Origin: an uncultured Bacteroidales bacterium | Lineage (GTDB): Bacteria; Bacteroidota; Bacteroidia; Bacteroidales; F082 | Assembly: GCA_905234455.1 (NCBI GenBank) | Contig: CAJOIH010000012.1 | Location: 5,416 to 69,415, forward strand | Direction: 5' to 3' | Length of the DNA stretch: 64,000 nucleotides | In this document: positions 54,531 to 64,000 of the stretch, piece by piece | Layout of the letters: each line of letters starts with the position of its first letter | Numbering within the stretch: position 1 is the first letter of the stretch | The notes under the pieces: model-generated | Seen by the model: only the letters and a program-made list of their open reading frames with translations | What the model was told of the DNA's origin: nothing | Databases searched by the model: none | Translations under genes and position numbers: made by a program

Positions 54531-55948
54531 TCTCCCATTTTTTTTCGCACCCTACCCCTGATTTTATCGACCATGTTAACGGTCGTTCCGAGATAATCTG
54601 CTTCCTCTTGGCGTGAAACTTTGAAATACGAAAGAATGAAAGACTTTTTCTCATCCTCGGTTAAGTCGGGGTACTTTTGTCCGAGGGTTTCCCAGAGGCC
54701 GGGGTATTTCTCCTCCACCACGGCGAGCATGGCCTTCCAATGGTCCTTGTCGCCGAAAACAGATTGCTCCAAGTCGTTGAGAAGATTCGTTCGCCTGTTA
54801 TTCAGATAATTTTCCAACAATAGCATGACCCGCTGTTCCTTGTCCAAAGCATCGGAAAGGCGGTCAGCGTAATCTTGTTGGATTTGCTCATGTTCGGCAT
54901 CCTTTTGCGCCAAGGCTTGGTTTTGCTGCCTGAAGTGGAATAGTTGGGCGTTGATGTCGGCTTCACGTTTTCGCCGCTTTGCCAATCGGACTTGTGAAAT
55001 CAAGAAAGCCAACAAAACCAAGGCTGCAATTGCGCTGATCACAATAATCCACCGTTGGCGAGCGATGATTTTCCGGTTCAACTCGTTCTGCATCACGGCA
55101 GTATCGTATTTCTGGCTAACGAGCGCAAGGTTGTTCTTGTGATCCTCCAAATATTTATGCACATCGCCTACATCATACCAATATCTATAATCACAAGCCT
55201 TTTCAAAATCGCCTCGCATCTCGGCAAAATCGGCAAGCGTGCCATAATAAAACCATTTCTCTTTTTGTATCTCTGAACAATCTGGTTCTGAACGAGTTAC
55301 CAGCTCTTCCAATTGCTCGTAACAATACGCCATCGAATCCATATCACCCAACTTATAAAAGATGTTCCCCATGTCGTGGTAATAGTACATCCATAGGCTG
55401 TCGTTCATATTGGGAGGGTAGCACTGTATGAATTGGTTGAGGTATTCTTTGGACTTTTCATAGGCGCCGGCATTGAAATACATGGCATGGAAAGCCGACA
55501 AGACCCATTGTTTCGCCTCCAATGAACCACTTTGTTCGGCATAGTCCATCGCCTGGTTCAAATAAACCTCCGCACTGTCGAATTGCCTGTGGAATTGGTA
55601 ATAATCTCCCAAAAACGAAACCACTTTGGCACGCTCGTCGTAATGGTCGCCAAAGCCCTCGTCAGCAGCCTTCAACAGGGATAGGATCTCTTCTTTATCG
55701 GCATAGAGGCCCAAACAGCATGCAATCTGATACCGGGCATGGGCCACAGTGAGCGAATCGTCGGCCAAGAGTCCGTAATGCTCCGCCTCCTTGAACAGGC
55801 GCATGGCCTCCATCTTGTTGCCTGAATCCCTTTGAATGCAGGCGTTTTCCAAGGCATCACGGGCGGCTTGCCTTGCGTCTTGCGGCACTGGATGGCATGC
55901 TGCCAACACCGAAATCAAGAACAGCAATATCAGATGACGTAGTTTCAT
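54521..55948 (-). CDS. Transmembrane one-component regulator with an extracytoplasmic TPR domain, one TM helix, a coiled coil and a C-terminal LuxR/GerE-like HTH
   Basis: Lipoprotein-like signal LISVLAAC. TPR-like helical repeats. TM segment IIVISAIAALVLLAFLISQV. C-terminus LTEDEKKSFILSYFKVSRQEEADYLGTTVNMVDKIRGRVRKKM. Confidence 0.7.
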   Translation of the reverse strand: MKLRHLILLFLISVLAACHPVPQDARQAARDALENACIQRDSGNKMEAMRLFKEAEHYGLLADDSLTVAHARYQIACCLGLYADKEEILSLLKAADEGFGDHYDERAKVVSFLGDYYQFHRQFDSAEVYLNQAMDYAEQSGSLEAKQWVLSAFHAMYFNAGAYEKSKEYLNQFIQCYPPNMNDSLWMYYYHDMGNIFYKLGDMDSMAYCYEQLEELVTRSEPDCSEIQKEKWFYYGTLADFAEMRGDFEKACDYRYWYDVGDVHKYLEDHKNNLALVSQKYDTAVMQNELNRKIIARQRWIIVISAIAALVLLAFLISQVRLAKRRKREADINAQLFHFRQQNQALAQKDAEHEQIQQDYADRLSDALDKEQRVMLLLENYLNNRRTNLLNDLEQSVFGDKDHWKAMLAVVEEKYPGLWETLGQKYPDLTEDEKKSFILSYFKVSRQEEADYLGTTVNMVDKIRGRVRKKMGENS

Positions 55949-55992
55949 AGGGACAAAATTAGTGTTTTTAACGCAATTCCATCAAAAAAACG

Positions 55993-56000
55993 TACCTTTG
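55993..56000 (+). promoter_or_regulatory. Bacteroidota -7 promoter box (TAccTTTG) for prfB
   Basis: TAnnTTTG match 25 nt upstream of the ATG at 56025. Confidence 0.45.
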
Positions 56001-56024
56001 CACCTCGAAAAACACCTAACTAAA

Positions 56025-57124
56025 ATGATCACATTAGACCAACAAAAAGAATTATGTAAGAGGGTTGAGGCCTTGAGGAGGTATCTTTGACGTGGACCGT
56101 CGTACCATAGAGGCCCAAGAATTAGATGAGAAGACCCAAGACCCGCAGTTTTGGGCGGATCCCAAAGCCGCCGAAGCCACCATGAAGAAGGTGCGCGAGG
56201 TGAAAGGCTGGCTCAACGGCTACAAGAAGGCTGAAGATGCCTACAACGACTTGGCGGTGTTGTTCGATTTTGCCAAGGAAGGCGAAGCCACCGAGGAAGA
56301 GGTGGATGCCCAGTATGCCGAAGCCTTGAAGATTGTGGAAGACCTGGAATTCAAGAACATGCTTCAGGAAGAAGCCGACCCGATGAGCGCCGTGCTGAAG
56401 ATCAACGCAGGCCCAGGACTGGGCTCAGATGCTGATGCGCATGTATATGCGTTACGCCGAGAACCACAAGTACAAGCTCACTATTTCCAACTTACTCGAA
56501 GCTGAGGACGCCGGCATCAAGCAGGTGACGATGAAACTCGAAGGCGAATATGCCTACGGTTACCTGAAAGGCGAGAACGGCGTACACCGTCTGGTACGTG
56601 TAAGTCCTTACAATGCCCAAGGCAAGCGTATGACCTCCTTTGCCTCGGTGTTCGTCACCCCCCTCATCGACGATAGCATCGAGATTGTGGTGGAACAGTC
56701 GCGCCTGTCGTGGGACACCTTCCGCAGTGGCGGTGCCGGTGGGCAGAACGTTAATAAGGTGGAGTCGGGCGTGCGCCTGCGTTACCAATACAAAGACCCC
56801 TATACGGGCGAGGAAGAGGAAATCTTGATTGAAAACACCGAGACCCGCGACCAGCCCAAGAACAAGGAAAACGCCTTGCGCCTCTTGAAGTCGCAACTCT
56901 ACGATCGCGAGATGCGCCACCGCATGGAGGAGCAGAACAAGATCGAGGCCGGCAAGCTAAAGATCGAATGGGGCTCGCAGATCCGCAGCTATGTGTTCGA
57001 CGACCGTCGTGTGAAAGACCATCGTACCAACTACCAAACTTCTGATGTACAAGGAGTTATGGATGGAAATATCGATGCGTTCCTCAAGGCGTGGCTGATG
57101 GAGTTTGGAGGAAAGAAAGGATAA
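56025..57124 (+). CDS. prfB: Peptide chain release factor 2, with a programmed +1 frameshift at codon 22 and a second, unexpected frame break near 56410
   Basis: MITLDQQKELCKRVEALRRYL-TGA, then the +1 frame reads DVDRRTIEAQ...AVLKINAG. The remainder (QDWAQMLMRMYMRY...GVHRLVRVSPY...SGGAGGQNVNKVES...) lies in the next +1 frame. Confidence 0.8.
56076..56091 (+). promoter_or_regulatory. RF2 autoregulatory +1 frameshift site
   Basis: AGGAGG-TAT-CTT-TGA-C: an internal Shine-Dalgarno-like element three nt before the slippery CTT and an in-frame TGA followed by C, as in E. coli prfB. Confidence 0.85.
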
Positions 57125-57127
57125 ACC

Positions 57128-58579
57128 ATGATTACTTTTTTTATCGCGTTAGCCGTATTGATTCTCGGCTATTTAATCTATGGTAAATTCGTGGAGAGGC
57201 TCTTCGGGGCGGATCCCAATAGAGCTACGCCGGCCACGACGATGGCTGATGGCGTGGACTATGTGCCGATGAAACCCTGGCGGATCTTCCTGATTCAGTT
57301 CCTGAACATTGCCGGCGTGGGTCCCATCATCGGAGCCATCATGGGAGCGCAGTTCGGCACAGCTTCCTTTATCTGGATTGTGCTGGGCAGCATCTTCGCC
57401 GGTGCCGTTCATGATTATCTGGCAGGAATGATTTCCTTGAGAGATAAAGGTGCCAGCTTGCCGGAGATTCATGGAACGTATTTGGGCAACGGTGCCAAAC
57501 AGGTCATGCGTGGCTTCACCGTGATCTTGATGATTTTGGTCGGCGTGGTGTTCGTAAGCACCCCTGCCACCTTGCTTAACGCCCACTTCACCCAAGGCTG
57601 GAATCCTTACATCTGGATTATCATCATTTTGGCTTACTATCTGATTGCCACCCTGTTACCCATCGACAAGCTCATCGGCAAGATTTACCCCATCTTCGGC
57701 ATCCTGCTGCTGGGCATGGCCGTGGCTATCTTTGTGGCTTTCATCATCTATAAACCCGAGATTCCTGAGTTGTGGAGCGGCTTGCAGAACCGTCATCCCG
57801 ATGCGCCCAACAACCCCATCTTCCCGATGATGTTCATCTCGATTGCCTGCGGTGCCATCTCCGGTTTCCATGCCACGCAATCGCCGCTGATGGCCCGTTG
57901 CATGGTCAATGAGCGGCAAGGCCGTCCCATCTTCTACGGTGCCATGATTACCGAGGGCGTCGTGGCCTTAATCTGGGCCGCTGCCGCTGCCTATTTCTTC
58001 GGTCCCGACAGCGTGGTCGATGTCACGGGCAAGAGCGGTGCTGCCATCGTGGGCGTCATCGCCAACACCTGGTTCACTCCCATCATTGCCACCATTACCA
58101 TTTTGGGTGTCATCAGCGCTGCCGTCACTTCGGGCGACACGGCCATGCGTTCGGCCCGACTCATCGTGGCCGACTTCATGAAGGTGGACCAGAAGCCCAT
58201 CAAGAACCGTCTGCTCATCGCCATCCCGATGTTCGCCATCACCGCCTTGATTTTGGTTTATAGCATCGCCGATGCCAAGGGCTTCCAGCTGATCTGGCGT
58301 TACTTCGCATGGGCCAACCAAGTTCTGGCTACCGTAACACTGTGGGCCATCTCGGTCTATTTGGCCAAGAACAAAGGTAAACTCTGGTACTTGATCACTT
58401 TGATCCCTGCCTTGTTTATGACCATGGTAACCGGTTGTTTCCTCTTCGTGGCCAAAGCCGCCGACGGAGGATTGGGTTCAGTGTTGCCAAGACCCGTAGG
58501 GTATGGCATTGGAGCGGCCATTACGGTGATTGGGTTGGTATGTTTTATCATTTGGAAGAAGAAACATAAAGCATCATGA
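57128..58579 (+). CDS. cstA: Carbon starvation protein A family peptide/pyruvate transporter
   Basis: N-terminus LILGYLIYGKFVERLFG...DGVDYVPM and the multi-TM CstA pattern. Length is 483 aa. Confidence 0.85.
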   Translation: MITFFIALAVLILGYLIYGKFVERLFGADPNRATPATTMADGVDYVPMKPWRIFLIQFLNIAGVGPIIGAIMGAQFGTASFIWIVLGSIFAGAVHDYLAGMISLRDKGASLPEIHGTYLGNGAKQVMRGFTVILMILVGVVFVSTPATLLNAHFTQGWNPYIWIIIILAYYLIATLLPIDKLIGKIYPIFGILLLGMAVAIFVAFIIYKPEIPELWSGLQNRHPDAPNNPIFPMMFISIACGAISGFHATQSPLMARCMVNERQGRPIFYGAMITEGVVALIWAAAAAYFFGPDSVVDVTGKSGAAIVGVIANTWFTPIIATITILGVISAAVTSGDTAMRSARLIVADFMKVDQKPIKNRLLIAIPMFAITALILVYSIADAKGFQLIWRYFAWANQVLATVTLWAISVYLAKNKGKLWYLITLIPALFMTMVTGCFLFVAKAADGGLGSVLPRPVGYGIGAAITVIGLVCFIIWKKKHKAS

Positions 58580-59757
58580 AAAAAATCCTCTTCTTTATTG
58601 TGTTAGCCTTAGGCTTCGCTTCTTGTTCGCCGATTGTTCAGAAGCAAATCATCAAGCCCCTCGCGCCGCTGGACAACACCACTGACGTATCCGTGTACGA
58701 TCTCGGAGAAGTTGTTCCCGGTTGTGCAGAGATCATCGGTAGAGTAAGGGTGCAAAACGGGTTCGGCTCCCGATGTGACTGGGAACGCATTCTGGAAACA
58801 GCAAAAACGACTGCTCGGAACGCTGGTGGAAACGGCATAGAGATTATCCAGCACAGTTATCCTGGTGAAATCGACTTTTGTCACATCATTGTGGCTGAAA
58901 TACTCAATATCGACCCAAACAATGAACCTGTCGAGCTCTCAGAAGAGGCCAAACAAAACTTCCACGACTATGTCGTTTTGAAAGAAGGTGATACCACGAG
59001 ATGTACCATCACAGATGAAACTAAAAGCACCTTGTCTTTTATCTACGAAGGGAATGGCACCAAAAGGTTGGCAAATCTCTCCAAAGACAAGATTCTCGCC
59101 TATCATATTGACGATCCCGTAGCTTTAGCAGATCTTCAATACCAACAGAACAAAAAAGTGTTCCATGTCCGGTTCAGCTTTGATGGAGGATACGCTTTTC
59201 GCACTGCCAGGTTACCCAAGGACGCTTCCAACGATTATAAGGACTATCTCCGAAAACTAACCCGAGGACCTGTTTTGGGAGCTAATCTCCACATCGACAT
59301 CGACAAGATGTACACCATCGGCATTCATTATGATCGTTTTTCGAGCAGCAACGCCGCTTTGTTTTATGGGTATGACGATGAAGGCAATTATTTCCAAGGG
59401 GAGCTTAGCGACGACTATGCAATCAATTTCTTCGCTGTCTCCGCTGGATATCAGATGATCTCCTCCAACGAAAAACACCGTTTCTTTTTTGATTACATGC
59501 TTGGCTATATGAACTATCACGATAACAATTGGGAAATGGGGCAGCAATACATCATGGATGGAGCTTCTATGGGTATGGGAATGGCTGTTGAATATGATTA
59601 CATGCTTTCGCAACATGTTGCCATCGGTGCAGGAGTATCATATTATAACGCGGTCCTTTCCAAAATCCAAGTCAATGGTTACGAATATGATTTAGGTCAA
59701 AGCAAGGAAGGACTTCAACGCCTCAACCTCAAGGCTGGCGTGCGTTTTTATTTATAA
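58576..59757 (+). CDS. Hypothetical lipoprotein with beta-barrel-like C-terminal half
   Basis: Lipobox LGFASC. The C-terminal half has alternating beta-strand character and ends ...LKAGVRFYL. ATGA overlap with cstA. Confidence 0.5.
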   Translation: MKKILFFIVLALGFASCSPIVQKQIIKPLAPLDNTTDVSVYDLGEVVPGCAEIIGRVRVQNGFGSRCDWERILETAKTTARNAGGNGIEIIQHSYPGEIDFCHIIVAEILNIDPNNEPVELSEEAKQNFHDYVVLKEGDTTRCTITDETKSTLSFIYEGNGTKRLANLSKDKILAYHIDDPVALADLQYQQNKKVFHVRFSFDGGYAFRTARLPKDASNDYKDYLRKLTRGPVLGANLHIDIDKMYTIGIHYDRFSSSNAALFYGYDDEGNYFQGELSDDYAINFFAVSAGYQMISSNEKHRFFFDYMLGYMNYHDNNWEMGQQYIMDGASMGMGMAVEYDYMLSQHVAIGAGVSYYNAVLSKIQVNGYEYDLGQSKEGLQRLNLKAGVRFYL

Positions 59758-59766
59758 CCAATCATC

Positions 59767-61716
<1,950 letters not shown>

Positions 61717-63495
61717 TTATTCAATAATCAAGTCAAACGGCATACGGGCTTGGATTCCCGTATTGTTTTGAAGGTTTTCGAGGCCCTCGAAATAACGGTA
61801 ATAGACTCCCATCTTTTGGCGGAGGGCGGCGTTGATTTCATTGGTTTTGTCCAGCGACTCCATGATACGGGCGAAGAACTCCTTCTCCTTGGGGAATTCC
61901 TTGATCTTGTAATCATCGCCCAGGCCCGCTTTGGCGGCGGCGAAGGCAATGGCGTCTTCGAGGTCGCCAAGTTGGTCGACGAGGCCGATTTCGATGGCGT
62001 CGGCTCCAGCCCACACGCGGCCTTGGCCGATGCTATCGACGTAGGTCTGGCGCAGGCCACGGCCTTCGGCCACACGACGGGTGAAGTCGTCGTATGTCTT
62101 CACCACATTTTCCTGCAACTTGGCATATTGGAACGGCGTGAGCGGTTCGGCCACGGAACCAAAGTCGGCATTTTCGTTGGTCTTGGCCACGTCGAAGGTC
62201 AAGCCCAGCTTGTCGTTGAAGAAACGTTTCATATTGGGGAAGGTGCCGAACACGCCGATGGAACCGGTGAGCGTGGTGGGATCGGCGAAGATATAGTCGG
62301 CCTTGGCCGAGATCCAATAGCCGCCCGAAGCTGCATAGTTGCCCATGGAAACGATGAGGGGCTTTTGTTCCTTGGTCAGGTCGAGTTCACGGCCGATGAT
62401 GGCTGAGGCCACGGCGCTGCCGCCGGGGGAATTCACGCGAAGCACCACGGCTTTCACGTCATTGTCCTCACGCACCTTGCGGATCAGCTTGGAGAGATCT
62501 TCGGAATAGATGTCCTCTTCCTGGCCTTTGCCGTCGTAGATTTGGCCTGAGGCATAGATGACTGCCACCTCGTTTTTGCTGGGGTTCTTGATCTTATAGG
62601 AATCCGCATAATCGTCGTTGCCGATGGCGTGGATTTTCTTCTTGACACCTGTCAACGTCCTCAACTCGGCCAGCACCTGATCTTTGTAGTATAGCTGGTC
62701 CACCAAGCCATATTCCAAAGCCTTTTGCGCATCGGTCAACAGTTCCAGCTTATCGGCAATCTCGTTGAGCTGTTCCACGCTGATGCCGCGCGTTTCGCTG
62801 ATGCCATTCAGGATTTCGCCCCATATGGTGCCCAGCAGCTTTTCCATCTGTTCGCGGTTGGCTTCGCTCATCTTGTCGAGAAAATAAGGTTCCACGGCGC
62901 TCTTGAAGCGGTTGTTGGGGCCACGCACAATCTGCATCTCGATGTCGAGTTTTTCGAGCAGATGTTTGTAGAACATGATCTGCGAGGCCATGCCGTGGAG
63001 GTCGATCAATCCTTCGGGGTTGAGCCAGATCTGGTCGGCTGCGGTGGCTAGGTAATAGGCGCTTTGAGCATAGGCTTCGCCATAGCACACCACGAATTTG
63101 CCCGACTCCTTGAATTCCATCAGCTTGGAACGGATTTCCTGCAAGGTCGCCGTAGAGGTAGGTATACTGCTCAGTTCCAGATAGATACCTTTGATATTCG
63201 CATCGGTCTTGGCATGTTCGATGTTACGGAGAATCACGTTCAAGCCCGAGGACTCTGTGGTTTCAAACGATGAGAAGTTGATGCTTTTGAAAGGATTGTC
63301 GATGGTCCTGTCGGGGATTTCGTAATCCAGTTTCATATAAAGCACCGAATTGGGTTTTACGGTGGTGGAAGACTCCGCGTCTTTTGTCAAACTGGAGAGC
63401 AAGATTGAATACATGCCGAATTTCACGAAGAAGGTGACCAGCAGTGCAATCAGGGTACCTAGGAAAGCGGCAAGCAATACTTTTGAAAATTTCAT
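61717..63495 (-). CDS. sppA: Signal peptide peptidase SppA, 67K type
   Basis: Start at MKFSKVLLAAFLGTLIALLV. Two S49 domains (GEAYAQSAYYLA and GNYAASGGYWIS). Confidence 0.85.
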   Translation of the reverse strand: MKFSKVLLAAFLGTLIALLVTFFVKFGMYSILLSSLTKDAESSTTVKPNSVLYMKLDYEIPDRTIDNPFKSINFSSFETTESSGLNVILRNIEHAKTDANIKGIYLELSSIPTSTATLQEIRSKLMEFKESGKFVVCYGEAYAQSAYYLATAADQIWLNPEGLIDLHGMASQIMFYKHLLEKLDIEMQIVRGPNNRFKSAVEPYFLDKMSEANREQMEKLLGTIWGEILNGISETRGISVEQLNEIADKLELLTDAQKALEYGLVDQLYYKDQVLAELRTLTGVKKKIHAIGNDDYADSYKIKNPSKNEVAVIYASGQIYDGKGQEEDIYSEDLSKLIRKVREDNDVKAVVLRVNSPGGSAVASAIIGRELDLTKEQKPLIVSMGNYAASGGYWISAKADYIFADPTTLTGSIGVFGTFPNMKRFFNDKLGLTFDVAKTNENADFGSVAEPLTPFQYAKLQENVVKTYDDFTRRVAEGRGLRQTYVDSIGQGRVWAGADAIEIGLVDQLGDLEDAIAFAAAKAGLGDDYKIKEFPKEKEFFARIMESLDKTNEINAALRQKMGVYYRYFEGLENLQNNTGIQARMPFDLIIE

Positions 63496-63521
63496 GATCG
63501 TAGAGTTTTGATATGTCGATG

Positions 63522-63529
63522 CAAAGTTA
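63522..63529 (-). promoter_or_regulatory. Bacteroidota -7 promoter box (TAacTTTG on minus strand) for sppA
   Basis: The reverse complement of caaagtta, 27 nt upstream of the ATG at 63495. Confidence 0.4.
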
Positions 63530-63540
63530 AACAAAATCCT

Positions 63541-63548
63541 TATCTTTG
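63541..63548 (+). promoter_or_regulatory. Bacteroidota -7 promoter box (TAtcTTTG) for folK
   Basis: TAnnTTTG match only 5 nt upstream of the ATG at 63553, implying a leaderless or near-leaderless mRNA. Confidence 0.4.
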
Positions 63549-63552
63549 CAAT

Positions 63553-64000
63553 ATGACAAGATGTTATCTACTGTTCGGGTCGAACCAAGGCGACAAGGAG
63601 GCTTTGCTGGAGCAGGCCTGTGCCCTTATTAATAAGAGGTGTGGGTTGTTGGTGGAGCGTTCGTCGGCCTATCTCACGGAGCCCTGGGGGTTCGAGGCTG
63701 ACGAGTGGTTCCTGAACGAGCTGTTGGTGGTAGAGACCGAGTTGGAACCTGACGCCTTGATGGACACCCTGTTGGGCATCGAGGCTGAATTGGGTCGGGT
63801 ACGGTATCCCGAGGTGCAGGGTTACACGTCGCGCACGGTCGACTTGGACATCTTGTATTACGGGGACAAGGTCATCCACACCGAGAAAGTGATTGTCCCC
63901 CATCCCAGGCTGCATCTGCGCAAGTTTGCTTTGGAGCCTTTGTGTGAGGTCATCCCCGACTTCTTGCACCCCGTATTCAACTTAAGTCAAACGCAACTGC
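63553..64000 (+). CDS. folK: 2-amino-4-hydroxy-6-hydroxymethyldihydropteridine diphosphokinase (HPPK), 3' end outside window
   Basis: My own translation is MTRCYLLFGSNQGDKEALL...SSAYLTEPWGF...FLNELLVVET...GIEAELGRVR...RTVDLDILYYGD...VPHPRLHLRKFALEPL, which matches the HPPK pattern. It is absent from the ORF track because no stop codon lies inside the window. Confidence 0.8.
   Translation, partial: MTRCYLLFGSNQGDKEALLEQACALINKRCGLLVERSSAYLTEPWGFEADEWFLNELLVVETELEPDALMDTLLGIEAELGRVRYPEVQGYTSRTVDLDILYYGDKVIHTEKVIVPHPRLHLRKFALEPLCEVIPDFLHPVFNLSQTQL

Noticed and set aside
40644-55948. The AT-richer block as a mobile genetic element or integrative island.
   Set aside because: I could recognise no integrase, transposase, relaxase or phage genes, no flanking tRNA, and no direct repeats at the putative borders. 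Only the compositional impression and accessory-type gene content remain.
56025-57124. The idea that the broken prfB reflects UGA reassignment (genetic code 4 or 25).
   Set aside because: TGA ends many well-defined genes at the expected protein length. Examples are C25 peptidase 3, iorA, iorB, the M23 peptidase, the PspC gene and cstA, often in ATGA stop/start overlaps. No gene in the window needs TGA read-through to reach normal length. The gene also keeps the UGA-dependent autoregulatory frameshift site.
63568-63969. The 133-aa minus-strand ORF at the right end of the window.
   Set aside because: It lies opposite a plus-strand reading frame that translates into a convincing HPPK (FolK) N-terminal 149 aa. 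It is therefore a shadow ORF.

Overview
The window looks like a chromosomal segment of a Bacteroidota (Bacteroidales-like) genome. Three things support this: many genes are preceded by the phylum-typical TAnnTTTG -7 promoter box, several proteins end in T9SS (Por_Secre_tail) sorting domains, and CarboxypepD_reg-type outer-membrane barrels are frequent. About 50 protein genes are present and I could support no rRNA, tRNA or CRISPR array. Left to right: a partial S41 protease; three tandem gingipain-like C25 peptidases (1.7-12 kb); housekeeping genes (beta-CASP MBL hydrolase, hisS, hutH, iorAB, an M23 peptidase); an Amidase_2/CUB-like protein; a PspC/LiaF-like pair; a TonB-dependent receptor; a GH29 fucosidase; an OadA-like carboxyltransferase; ygiQ; a lipoprotein nicotinamidase; recX; a membrane LytTR protein; and a compact fabH-fabF-fabZ-acpP-fabG operon. 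From about 40.6 to 56 kb the sequence is visibly more AT-rich and looks accessory. That block holds an ECF sigma factor with a membrane partner, two OMP_b-brl_3-type barrels, a BspA-like LRR protein, a degenerate-LytM/S41 fusion, an AAA ATPase and a TPR-TM-HTH regulator. The window ends with prfB, cstA, an ABC-F ATPase, sppA and partial folK. The most notable observations are listed here.
- The middle C25 gene is a mosaic of its two neighbours.
- Two paralogous upstream control modules of about 145 bp share identical internal spacing; they sit in front of the LytM/S41 gene and an OMP gene.
- A 4 x 23-bp intergenic tandem repeat lies between divergent genes.
- The LRR protein has its T9SS sorting domain cut off by a 1-nt frame change.
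- prfB has the classical programmed +1 site plus a second, unexpected frame break where the conserved GGTEA motif should be.
No known defence system or mobile element was recognised. The proposed envelope-sensing and surface-proteolysis island is inference only.
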